In this document: piece by piece, positions 11,417 through 22,666 of the stretch | How positions within the stretch are numbered: position 1 is the stretch's first letter | How the letters are laid out: every line of letters starts with the position of its first letter | NCBI GenBank assembly: GCA_051942245.1 | Contig: JAVECL010000217.1 | Coordinates: 1-35,266 of the forward strand | Length of the DNA stretch: 35,266 nt | From: Trypethelium eluteriae | Taxonomy: Eukaryota | Direction: 5' to 3' | Made by a program: the position numbers and the translations under genes | The notes under the pieces: generated by a model | The model's database searches: none | The model's input: only the letters and a program-made list of their open reading frames with translations | What the model was told of the DNA's origin: nothing

Positions 11417-12025
11417 GGTTTTGGTTTTGTACCCTATGGTAAAATTATGTTGTAGTATCAAAAGCGTGGAGGCTCTGCTGAACGCTCAGCTATGATAGAC
11501 AATCTTTCGAATCCCTTCACCGGGATCTTAGTGCAATGTGAATTGGGAAATCCTCAAAGCGATAATAGGTGGCACGATTCTCTGATGGAAGCTTACATGG
11601 CGGTATCCATGCGAAGGGCTCAGCGATGTTTTCCGTCAAGCCACAATCTTGAGAGTACCAGTGGTAGGCCTGAATGCAGACTGGCGCCGAAAGCGTGGTT
11701 GCCGAGACTGTGTTTGGCCCGTCTACGGAAGCTGTCCAGAAAAATTGTCGGATGTGCAGATATCCAGCAAGCCTGGGGAGCCGACTTGCGGCCTCGGAGG
11801 TGAGGTGAGACCCTCAACAAAGGGGCTCTGTTCGACCATCTGCCCACCATTAACGGGATATCGGTATCACTTTGAGATACACGGTAATTGAGCATGAGGG
11901 CAGCAGATACAGCCGGCTAATAATCAAAGACCTATCTGCATGCTCTCGCGGCTCCGTGGCTCTGTGGCTCCTTATCTCACGAAAAAGTTCCCAAGCGATC
12001 GGCGCAGCGGCGGAAGACGGGAGGC

Positions 12026-12053
12026 CCTTGGCGCCTTGGTGCCTTGGTGCCTT
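12026..12053 (+). repeat. 3.5 tandem copies of CCTTGGYG in the YHM2 promoter
   Basis: CCTTGGCG-CCTTGGTG-CCTTGGTG-CCTT. The first copy reads GCCAAG on the minus strand (PacC consensus GCCARG). Confidence 0.7.
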
Positions 12054-12340
12054 TTTGTCCCGTGCGCGCTTGCTCCGGCCCGCGGCTGCACTAAACTCTC
12101 TCTCAGTGGTCGGAAACAACGCTGGACGCTTATCGCGAAATACGGAGTAAGCAGCAGTTCAACAGCTTTCTCGGCTTCCGCCGCCATCTTTTCTTCTCCT
12201 GTCATACACACCCGCAATCCATTCTTGAGCCTCCTCATCGCCCCTCAACCCGCCTCTCTATAGTTTTTGCCTTCCTAAAATCCGGGCGAAGAAGCCTCCT
12301 ACTGCCTTGGTCAGGCCCCTTTTAGTCTTCTGGCACAGAT

Positions 12341-13531
12341 ATGTCAACACCTGCTGCTACTATGGCTGGTGTGCAGGCGCCACCGAAGCTGGAGAAGAAG
12401 CCTGTTAAGTTCAGCAATCTGCTTTGTAAGTTATCTCACCTACGGACGTCCTTGATAGAGGAGCTCCCAGGACTGGTGTTACCGTAGTGGTTGGGGCAGT
12501 GCTGCTAGAACCTGAAGAGCTAACGATGCCATGTACAGTGGGCGCCGGCCTCAACATGTTTGAGGTAACGACCCTGGGCCAACCTCTCGAAGTCGTCAAG
12601 ACCACAATGGCCGCGAACCGTAGTGATGGCTTCATGGGCGCAATGGGCCGAATATGGGGACGTGGTGGTGTCCTCGGATGTACGTTTTTCTACTAATTAC
12701 TTTCTCACAGACCATTTGAAACTGATTCCGACGCTGCGCAGTCTACCAAGGTCTCATCCCCTGGGCTTGGATTGAAGCTTCCACCAAAGGTGCCGTCCTC
12801 CTCTTTGTCGCTTCAGAGGCCGAATTCTACGCCCGAAATGCCGGCGCCTCCCCTTTTGTCGGCGGCATCGCCGGTGGTATGGTCGGTGGGCTCGCTCAGG
12901 CTTACGCTACCATGGGTTTCTGCACCTGCATGAAGACGGTCGAGATCACCAAGCACAAAGCCGCTGCAGCGGGCGAAAAGGTCCCTGGGACCATGGCTAC
13001 GTTCATGGACATCTATCGACGCGAAGGTGTCCGCGGCATCAACAAGGGTGTGAACGCCGTAGCGATGCGTCAGGTGACGAATTGGGGTTCGCGATTTGGG
13101 CTGTCGCGCGTGGCCGAGACGGGCATTCGGAGGGTGTCCGGGAAGGAGCATGGGGAGAAGCTGGGAATCGGAGAGAAGATCATGGCAAGTGCGCTTGGTG
13201 GCGGGTTGAGCGCGTGGAATCAGCCGATCGAGGTGGTGCGGGTCGAGATGCAGAGTAAGAAGGAGGACCCCAAGCGGCCGAAGAACATGACAGTGGGTAA
13301 GGCGTTTAGGTATATCTATCAGGAGAACGGTCTCAAGGGTCTCTATCGCGGTGTTACGCCGCGTATTTGTTTGGGTGTTTGGCAAACGATTTGCATGGTG
13401 GCTTTGGGCGATTAGTAAGTTTGCCATCCATCTACTCTTCGAGCGCGTGCATCGTAAGCTAACACGGAATTTCTAGTGCCAAGGAGGCCGTCGAAAAGCT
13501 CACAGGCGAGCAGGTCACGGCTAAGCATTAG
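12341..13531 (+). CDS. YHM2: Mitochondrial citrate/2-oxoglutarate carrier (SLC25 family), 4 exons
   Basis: KLEKKPVKFSNLL/LGAGLNMFEVTTLGQPLEVVKTTMAANR, YQGLIPWAWIEASTKGAVL, RQVTNWGSRFG, WNQPIEVVRVEMQS, GLYRGVTPRI. First intron 12426-12538; last exon ends TAKH-stop. Confidence 0.96.
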
Positions 13532-14089
13532 ATCCAAGGTGGTGTCAATGTCTCGTTCTGTAGATGATCGCATTTTGAAGGCGATCACGAATCCAATGCT
13601 CATCTTTAAATATTGCATTTTGCAAAGACTCGTGTTTTCCTCCCATGTCGATGATCGCCCACAGATATAGACGCCGCAATTTAGGACGATTTGTAGGGGA
13701 ATTCGCTTTGACGTTACTAGACGCTACTCACAACACCATGCAACAGCTTCAAGTGTTTGCGGCAACGACTCTTCTTGTCGAATGCAACGTCGTACGGGCC
13801 ACATTGTGTTATGGAAGTTCCCCGCGGTACGGATCATGTTACCATACCCTTCTTCTAATGGACAGAGGCGAAGTAGGAAAATATGTCTAGGTGTGTGATA
13901 GCAATTCGATAGTGATCACAGCCTGTTGTGATTGCAGGCATGGATCATGCTAACGTCAGGGTATCGGCAGGCAGAAGCTACAAGAGGTGACTCGGTTTCA
14001 AATGCCCCCATTTATCAAATGTCCCTCCATTCCTTCCACACTTGGACGATTCCTTTTCGGTGCCGGAGTTCTCTGGGCTATTGAGCGTT

Positions 14090-15180
14090 ATGGATGGCGT
14101 TACGTGTTTTGCTCCGGAACCGGATAGCTTCCTCGATCCTATCCCGGACATGTGGCCTTGCGGACCTCTTAATAGCAGTAACCCAAGCGTCGCCTGCTGC
14201 AATACTGGCGATCTTTGCTACTCTGACCAAATATGCAGAAAAGCATCGTTGGATCCGGATGGCCCTGTGTGGTATGTAGGAGGCTGTACTGATGAGGATT
14301 TCCATGGCTGCTACAATCGATGTGGTGAGAGTCCAAACCAGAGATTCCATAAACATCATCTGACGTTCTCGTGCCACGAATTGTAGTATCGAGCAGCAGC
14401 ACATTGATAGCCTACAATGAAATATCTTCATTATGGGCTTGTTGTGGATCCAATGGGTGCAACTCGCCGTCGAACGAGACTTTTCCAGGACCAGAACCGT
14501 GGAAACTCCTTCCGATCGCTACACTGCCTCCCTCAAGCGTTCCTTCCAGTGACTGGCCTGTCTGGGAATTCTACTCTCTCCCCAGTTCTCTCTCCAGCCA
14601 TGGGCCTTCATCCCCCACTATCCCCTCAATATCAACAGTATTTACACAGTCCTCGATAGTAGGATCTGTCTCTTCCACACAGCCCACGTCTACATTCACT
14701 GCATATTCGGCCTCCAGCTCTTCTTCTCAAGCAACAAAATCCTCTACCAGCAGGTCGTCGGCTCATATTGGGGCAATAGCAGCAGCGTCTATCATTGGCG
14801 GGCTGCTGTTCTTCGCTGCTATTGTCGGATCGGTCATACTTTTACGTCGCCGCAATGTTCGCCGAGCAGCGGGAGGAAGACCCACGGCAGAGCTTGCTGG
14901 TAGTTTTGACAGGCATGAACACACTACTTCAGCACAACACGACACTGAACAGAGCAGGGCACCGCTTGAGATGTCTGACACATCTCGTCCTTGGTCCGAG
15001 CTCGAAGGCACACAGATCGGGCACCTTTCAGGCTCTGCAACCACCCAGAGAGGTGTTTCGATGCAGAGTATCCCGCCTCAGGAGCTGGAAGCCACAGACC
15101 CTAGAGCAAGTGTGGTGATGGTGTCGCCTACATCTATCCACGACCTCAACTCGATGTGCGAGGAAGGATCGGACAAATAA
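14090..15180 (+). CDS. Single-pass membrane protein: Cys-rich ectodomain, Ser/Thr-rich stalk, TM helix, cytoplasmic tail (Mid2/Wsc-like architecture), 2 exons
   Basis: Cys-rich exon (TCF..PC..ACC..GDLCYSDQIC..YVGGCTD..C..RC), in-phase intron 14325-14386, WACCG, S/T-rich tract, TM IGAIAAASIIGGLLFFAAIVGSVILL followed by RRR, tail with ELxG/ELEA motifs. Start codon is uncertain. Confidence 0.8.
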
Positions 15181-16708
15181 ACCGAGTTTTCTGCGCAGAT
15201 CCACTCACTATGTACAAGCCCTCATCCGGATCCAAATTAGATCTCAAACATCGACTATTACTGACCAAATGACTGGCGATTCCATCCCTCTGGTGATTCC
15301 GTTATAAGTAATGGATAGGTTTCATCGATCTTCGATCAGCCACATTTCACTCTTACTGGGTTCTTCGTTACATTAGCACGAAAAAAAATACAAGACAGTC
15401 CGGATTTGATATTTCGTTCGCCACCCAGCGCTCCCTTCCCCTTGCAGTTGAGCATACCTACCCAAAGCTTTGGCTCACTGCCGATTCTGTCACGTGAAAT
15501 GACTTCCGCAAAATGCAGGTAGTAGATCAGAAACGGATCAGAGCCACAAGGAGCGACATTGAGGTTCTGTTTCAGGTCCCTCGTCTGCCCGTTCTTGAGT
15601 GACGCTCTTTAAGGTTCTAGTCAGATGTCACTTAGCAATATCCAAACTCAGTACCCCTTCAGGTATTCCATCGTACAGTATCATAGGCTCTCGGTCTTCG
15701 AGGTGGCTAGATACCAACCCCTTCCTCTTCCTGACGTTGATCAGCCACTGTGGTTGTCAGGCTGTTGTGCTCATAGATAGCGCCTCCATAGCTTTGGTAG
15801 ATCGTAGGATGATTAATGACTCAAAAGCGAAGGTGCTGAACCCAAGCCATGCGCTAGGGCAACCAGAGAACTCTGACCCCGAAAGATAAGATCCTTGGTG
15901 ATGCTTGCGGGGATGATCAGTTGTTAAGACGTGCGACTTCAAGGTGAAGCCTATTTCGGATGTTGAAATGGTCTTAGACACTGACTTGGTGTGTTTGCCT
16001 GGAACCCACAATCTATGAACGTCCAAAGAGTTCTCCTGAAGCGAATGAGGAAAAGGAAAAGGGAAAAAGATATCGATGATTTTAGACTCAGGAGTTCGGG
16101 CTCAGAAAGATCATCTCTGCCCTACTGCCGAGACGAGAGATCTTAAAGCTCGTATAGGAAAACGTTCAGCGCGAGATTAGTCTCGACATGAAGAATCTGG
16201 AACTGAACACGCTCAAGCGCCAGCAACTGACCGGTACTATGGACCACTAATATCAGTCAACGCAAATTGAAAACCACGCTCAGTGCTTTCTTGATCAGAT
16301 GGCGATGCTTGCGCAAGCACAATGAATGGGCGAGGTGCAGTCGTTGACTAAATAAGTGCTGGAGAACTCGGCTACCTCGCACTGCTTTTGGATTATGGTT
16401 CCTGAAACGCCGTGGCAGGCTTCCTCAACATATGCATGCTAAGATATCGATTACCTTCCCTGTCATCGAGCTTCGGCATGAGAGGCGACTATGGAAATAC
16501 TAAGGGCAAGGCCGAGGCTAACATGGACGATAACGATAAAGGACGATATAGGTAGACACAAGGCCTCCCGGCTCTAAAAGATTATGACACCGACTTGGGG
16601 AGACATCACTTCAGGCGCTACGTTCCAGTAATTCGGAACGATTTTTCTGTGATTGGATGGGTAGCTGGAACGGACAGATAGCATTTTGGCCCATGACATT
16701 TTCTGCTG

Positions 16709-17584
16709 TCAACTCCGTCTTCTTGTATCGTCGGCGGCATTGCCCCCTCCGCCGCCTCTCCCAGCCAAGAAGCCTGCAATATCGAAGTTTTGGATGGCAG
16801 ACGCGGGGTCAGACGCTGGACCTCGTTTGCTCTGAATCTCTTGAAATTCTTTCTTCGTCTCTTCGTCCACTACAACTTATTAGCATGCTAGCCATCTCGT
16901 AGCGCCTTTCACGCTCTGTAGATCTAAGGCAGTCAATTATATAAAACTTACTATTATCCATCAAGTACGGCATCCCAACAATCAGTGCAAGGGAGAACAG
17001 CGCCATAAGTATCATTGGACTCTTCAAGAAGCTCAGCACTGAAACTGTGATCACGCACGCTGTCAGCTCAATAATGTCCTGCCTCTTCTCCTCTCCTTCT
17101 CCCCTCCCGGTCCCATTTCTGACATGTAGACAAGACCACTCCGAATAGAGCACTTACATCCCGATCTCTGCTGATAATACTCTTTTCCACCTAACGGTCT
17201 CACCTCTACCACCACGTCTCCGGCTCCACCACCTAGCCTCTGCCCCTTGTTCTCCCATTCATTCCCGCGATACGTCCTCCATGCCTCAACCCCAAGTCCT
17301 TCACCTTCTGTGGTAGTGATATCAATCCTGAGAGGCGGGAACATGTAGTCCCGACAATGTATGTCCGCAAGATAGGAGCCCTTGGTCAAATTCGAGAAGA
17401 CCAGGGTGTTGGACCGAGAGAGCGGCGCCGAGAGGTGGGCATTTGCGCTATGCAGTGTTGCGTGCGTGGAAGGTGGGAGAGTATGAGGATTCGGGAGGAG
17501 CGGAGGCGAGGGCGGAATGGAGAGTGTAAGGGTGATGGAAAGGGAGAGAGTTGGAAATATGAGGCCGAGGATCAGGAGGAGCAT
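16709..17584 (-). CDS. EMC7: ER membrane protein complex subunit 7 (DUF2012) homologue, 3 exons
   Basis: Signal peptide MLLLILGLIFPTLSLS; LPPSTHATL, F.NL..GSYL.DIHCRDY.F.PLRIDI, YRGNEW, YYQQRSG/FSVLSFLKSPMILMALFSLALIVGMPYLMDN/MDEETKKEF, NFDIAGFLAG. Confidence 0.88.
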
Positions 17585-17981
17585 TTTGAGCAAGAGTTGG
17601 TGACGTTGAGGTGGTCGGCGGAGGAGGAGGAGGTGGAGGAGGAAAACTAAGGACGCAGCGGAGGACGCGATAGATTGGTGTCACGGGTGTCTGCCGTGCT
17701 ACGGAGCAGGTGGAGGCGTCGGTGGTGGTGCGGCGGAATCCGTCAAACTAGGCACACGAGGTTATTCTGATTGAGCTCCAAACTCAACACTATAAGTTTT
17801 CAAATACAAAAGCAGCCTCATAGTTAGACTGTTGCTAACACTATCTACTGTGATGTCTACGTAGGTGGACGATGTGATCTTCTCAACGAACCAACAACAT
17901 GTGCTATGCACATATGTCCAGATACCGTTCGTGCCATTTTGGATCTGACAAGAAAGCAGGCTATGTAATAATCCAGTCAAA

Positions 17982-20002
17982 TCACTTTCGCTTTCTGGCG
18001 GCCGCGTCCTGCATCCTAGCTGTTGCGTTCGCATCTGCCTGCTTTGCGTCCTCCAACCCCTGGTTCACCTTCGCATCCCCGTCTGCTGCAGCCACCAACG
18101 GCTTGCTTGCCTTCTTCTCCTCCACCTCCTCCTCCTCGCCACCCTGCCCGAACTCATTTACTCTTGTATAATCCACCTTATATCTCCAACTTTGATATAA
18201 ATAGACAAAGAAGATGACATCGTCCCTCAACGTCGCCAGCCGATGCAGCGTCGGCATCTTAATCGTGAATGCAAAGAGGTCATCGATGAATGTATTGAGA
18301 AATTTATATGTCATGGCGCGAGCCGGCATGTGCGCCACGGACTTAAGCCGATAGTTGATATACAGAGATGGTACCATCATCAAAAACCCGTAGGCGTAAA
18401 CGGAGCCAACCAAGGTCGTGATAATAAAGGAGTACCAGGACTTGTGGGTCTCGTAAACCAGGCTGTATGCTGCGTATGCGAGGAGAAGAGGGACGGCAAT
18501 AATGTAAAGGTATTTGAAGGCGATCTGATCGTACTCCTGCGTCTTCTTCTCAGACTCGGAGAGGGCATGTTTGTCCTCGAATTGAATAGTATACGGGATG
18601 AGCGAGCCTGGGGGAGCCTGGCGGATGCGGATATTGACAGCTTTTGTAATCTTCCATGCTTCAATCGCGATGCCCATGCCTTGGCCGAAAAGAATCATCC
18701 ATGAAGTGTTTTCATTGTTATCCATGAGGTACAGAAAAATGATTCCTTGCATGATTACATTTGCAAGGATAGTGCGAACACTGGTACCGACATTGTCTTT
18801 CTTTTTGCGCCAATGACTCACGTCATTCTTGAACGCCAGCATCTCGAATACGGTATGAAAGACTGTAACAACACCAGTGGTCATGAGGAGGATAGGGTTG
18901 CTGTCAAGGAGGATTCGTTTAATTTCTTCAAATTCCGAACCGTCGCCTCCCGTTGTGGCTTCGCCCGCTGCTGCTTTGCGCGCCGTTTCTTTCATGCCCA
19001 TGTCCATGCTAGCGATGAGGCTAAACTTCCAGTTTGCTTGATGATTCAAGTCAATGTGAAGCGGTAAGGTCTTGACCGTCTCATTGAGCTCCATCGTATG
19101 ATCTCTTAATTGCCAGAATGTGTTCCAGAATAAGATTGGATAGTACCAGCCATTCTGACCAGACTGGTCTCTTGCTCCGGTGCTTTCCAAGGTTATTTGT
19201 TGCCGGATTGCCGGATGGACCTGAGGATACTTCTGAACTCCGGAATCTGGAATTAGGGAGAGAGTAAAGTTCGGATGATAATGATTCGCGTACACGGTTC
19301 CCCTGGATTCAGACTCTTCTTCGATTTCGAGCTCAGACTGGTTGTTAGCCGTGAGCAGGTTCCTTGTCTTTCTTAGTTTTTTCCTTGGCAAATGCTGGGT
19401 TATAGGTCTGAAGAAATGGTATGCAGCAGCAACGTTATATCCGGCAGCCGTCGGATCTAGAGGTGTTCCAGATTGCGCAACATAAAAATGACCCCACAGT
19501 GTTTGATTGTTCTGGACTTCTTTTGGTACAATGATTGTCTTTGAAATCTCACGACTATCGGTCCAGTTGCCCAGCCTGAAGTTTCTTTCCTCGAAAATGA
19601 GTGAATCCCGAGGAAGTGATTTCAAGGATGGCATTGCCAAAGAAGTCGATATGTACATGCTGATATCTAATAGAGTATCTTGCGGCCACATGGGGGCAAT
19701 GCTCTGCGGTATCGGATTGTATGGTCCCTCCGGATCTGCAGAAGACGGTCTGTCACCAAAAGCAGGTATTGGGTCATTTGCTCCAGGGACTTTGGCGGCG
19801 GAATTGTTATTCTGTTTATTGCCCATGAATTGGTTCATAGCGAACTGGACGAGCAGGAATATGCCAATGCTCTGGAAAATTTTCTGCGCCCATGACTGGT
19901 CTTGAATGTCAGTCTCATTCTCCATCCTAGAGCTCTGAATGGGCTTACCCATGAATCCTGCTGCTGCTCCTGCTGGCGTGCTCTCCCACTTGTGTCTGGC
20001 AT
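17982..20002 (-). CDS. CLPTM1/CLPTM1L-family multi-pass ER membrane protein, 2 exons
   Basis: Probable true start at 20002 (MPDTSGRARQQEQQQDSW) with a short GTAAGC..CTGAC..CAG intron. Family motifs FEMLAFKNDVSHW, FLMMVPSLYINYRLKSVAHMP, YKFLNTFIDDLFAF, RDDVIFFVYLYQ.W.YKVDYTRVNEFG. Confidence 0.95.
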
Positions 20003-20574
20003 TTTGAAGGCTGCCTGTGAGAAACAAGCGGTCTTCAGCTCAGACTGCAATGTCTGATGAGCTTATCGAGTGTGCCGGGCAGGGTAGGACGAGCTCTCGC
20101 ACCCTTGGTTGGAGGCTGGGAAAAAGATCGACCTCGTGGACCCAATCTCGGCCGGGATCGCTTTCCCGCGGCGACATGATGCAACCGAGCAACAAATCAC
20201 CAAATGGCGCCTGGTGCACCCACATTTTTCTCACCGCGTCCCCGGACAACGTGGAATGCTTGGATTGTGCACTGGCGGGCCTCGCCGAGGGCCACAGTGG
20301 TGACATTCTGGCGGATGCTGTAAGATTAAAGTATCTCTGTGTGGCCTTCTCATTGGTTAGGAGGTTGAGACTCACAAACTTAAAGGCGTTGGGGCCCTCT
20401 CAGGCTCTCATTGATATTTGTCGAGGGTTACTAAAGTGTGGGGACAGCACTCACTATATGGCATACAGGTAGCAACGACTGTGCTCTTCTTCGCCTGGCC
20501 GTCAGTTTCTCCTTCGTCAACAACCTCGCCGTACATTCTTTCACAAGCACCTTGCCTCTACGACTATCTCTAAT

Positions 20575-21347
20575 ATGGCAGCATCGAGTGGCTCCCACAA
20601 TGATGTCCCAGCACCCAATGCTACCACCAAGAAAGGCCCAGTAGTCTGCGTCTTGTGGGTTTCACCGTCACCTCAGCTTTATTCTACTCGACTGACGATG
20701 ATCCCACTAGCTGCGGTGCTTCCCCTGGCACCTCACCCGCCCACATGGAGGCTGCTCGCGCCCTCGCCCACGCCTTTCATGCTAATAACATCTCCCTCGT
20801 CTACGGCGGCGGTACTGTCGGCCTCATGGGCGAAGTTGCTCGGACTCTCGTCTCCCTCAGCGGCGCCAAAGCTGTGCACGGCATCATTCCTGCCGCCCTG
20901 GTGAAGTACGAACAAGGCTACGACCCACACGCACCAAGCGCTGAGCACGAAGCGCGTCGGCTGCTGGACGAGAAAGTGTTTGGCCGTACGACGGTGGTGG
21001 CGGACATGCACACGCGGAAGCAGATGATGGCAAAGGAGGTGATTGAGGGAGGTGATGGTAGTGGGTTCGTCGCCTTGAGTGGCGGGTACGGTACCCTGGA
21101 GGAGCTGATGGAGGTCGTGACCTGGAATCAGCTGGGAATTCATGGGATGGGGATAGTGGCTTATAATGTCGAAGGTTACTGGGATGGCTTAATGAAATGG
21201 GTGCGAACTGCAGTGACACATGGATTCGTCGCCCCACCGAATGCCCATATCCTAGTTGAGGCCTTGACTGCGGAGGAAGTGGTTCGGTCTTTAAAGGAAT
21301 ACAAGAAGAGTGAAGGAAGATTCGATCTAGAATGGAATGAGAAATAG
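20575..21347 (+). CDS. LOG1: LOG-family (cytokinin riboside/nucleotide 5'-monophosphate) phosphoribohydrolase, 2 exons
   Basis: VVCVF/CGASPG (intron 20655-20710), LVYGGGTVGLMG, MHTRKQMM, SGGYGTLEEL, TWNQLGIH, YNVEGYWD. Confidence 0.93.
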
Positions 21348-21988
21348 CGCGGGGACTGTTTGCTATAGAGGTTCTGTCGGCATTTATCAGGTGTCAGGAG
21401 TGTTATAATTTCGAAGAAGAATTCAGAGTTGTCATAATTGCATCAAGCAAAGCGAATGCACCGCCATAAGCCTCACATAGAGAAGTCCAGCACGGGCGTC
21501 ATTTCTGGTCCTGTAAAAATGAGTAGGTGCGACCAATACGCAAAGCATGACTTTGCATCAGGGTAAGACACCTTACTTAGGTGTCTAAGGTACCTCCCAG
21601 GCTGGTACGGAATGTTGTATCACGTTACAGACCAATTCCAAATTGAGCATTTTGCTGGCATTTGATTGGTTTGACTGTCATACATATGCGCTGATAAGGC
21701 TTGCAAACAATTGGTGTTCCCTGTACTACAATAGCGGATAAATATCAAACGCAGTCAGACCGCCTTTGAACAGGGACCGACCTCCTCCGCCAAGATATCT
21801 TCCAAATGACTGATTTGGTCCAAGGTATGTGTACAATGGAAGAGGCGGCACCCTCCTTAGCGAATGCAACAAAAGCAGAAGTTTGAGCATTGAAACCTGA
21901 TATGTACGCAGGAGCACAAATGAAGGTAAGTAGTGGTGCAACAAGATGAATCTGAAGCAATCTAGCAATTGTCTTTCTTCACTTGCTA

Positions 21989-22666
21989 TTACTCCTGGAA
22001 AAGAATGTCAACAACTTGGCGAGAACTGAGCTGACTGTATTCCTGGCTGTGGAGAATATTTCCGTAATTTCTAAAGATATCCCCGAGGTCTTTCTCCGTC
22101 AAAGTCGATTGCGACGTCCCAGTTATGAAGAGCACTATTGGTGTGGCAGCCTCGGATCTCGAATCGGGAGAAGCGTTCCTGCGAACAGCGTCGGCGAATA
22201 CTCGCTGGGGTGCTGTTGCCTCAACGAATGGTGAGCTGGACGGATTGCCTGATTTGGTAGTCGTAGAACCCCACATGACAATGATGATAGCCCCTGCACG
22301 GCGGGCAAACGCTTCATGAGTCGCAGTCATTCCGACGCTGGGGAGGTACGGAACATGTCTGATGCGTTGGTGGTATCTCGCGAGATCCCGACCAAAAGCT
22401 TCGAAAGGGTCGACGGGATCGTGCTTCAATGCCGCCCCTTCAGCTCCTGTTGTTTGTGGTATGGCTATGACTGGTGTAAAAAGGACGAGTAGCGCATTTT
22501 CGTCGAGCTTAGCAATATTGTTCAATGAAGAGCACGAGGAGCGGACAAAGGACACCTTGGGTGCGAGACTGAGATGATCCATGAGAGTAGGCAAATGAAC
22601 GCTATCGCTTCCTTTGACGATCAAGTTGGAACTTTGGGATTGTCTCGGTGTTCGTACGTCTCCCAT
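21989..22666 (-). CDS. Hypothetical protein resembling the alpha/beta (second) domain of fungal GH3 beta-N-acetylglucosaminidases
   Basis: Single ORF from ATG 22666 (225 aa) with LLVLFTPVI, DPFEAFGRDLARYHQRIRHVPY, HEAFARRAGAIIIV and terminal VVDILF. The similarity is recalled, not searched. Confidence 0.7.
   Translation of the reverse strand: MGDVRTPRQSQSSNLIVKGSDSVHLPTLMDHLSLAPKVSFVRSSCSSLNNIAKLDENALLVLFTPVIAIPQTTGAEGAALKHDPVDPFEAFGRDLARYHQRIRHVPYLPSVGMTATHEAFARRAGAIIIVMWGSTTTKSGNPSSSPFVEATAPQRVFADAVRRNASPDSRSEAATPIVLFITGTSQSTLTEKDLGDIFRNYGNILHSQEYSQLSSRQVVDILFQE

Noticed and set aside
12813..13427. 204-aa minus-strand ORF
   Set aside because: Antisense to the GC3-rich YHM2 exon; typical shadow ORF.
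15181..16708. 1.5-kb gap with short ORFs and a polypurine tract near 16047-16070
   Set aside because: No coherent exon chain, terminal repeats or recognisable domain; treated as intergenic.
20003..20027. Track start for the 681-aa CLPTM1 ORF
   Set aside because: It uses a TTG start and reads through a canonical intron. The spliced model from ATG 20002 is more plausible.
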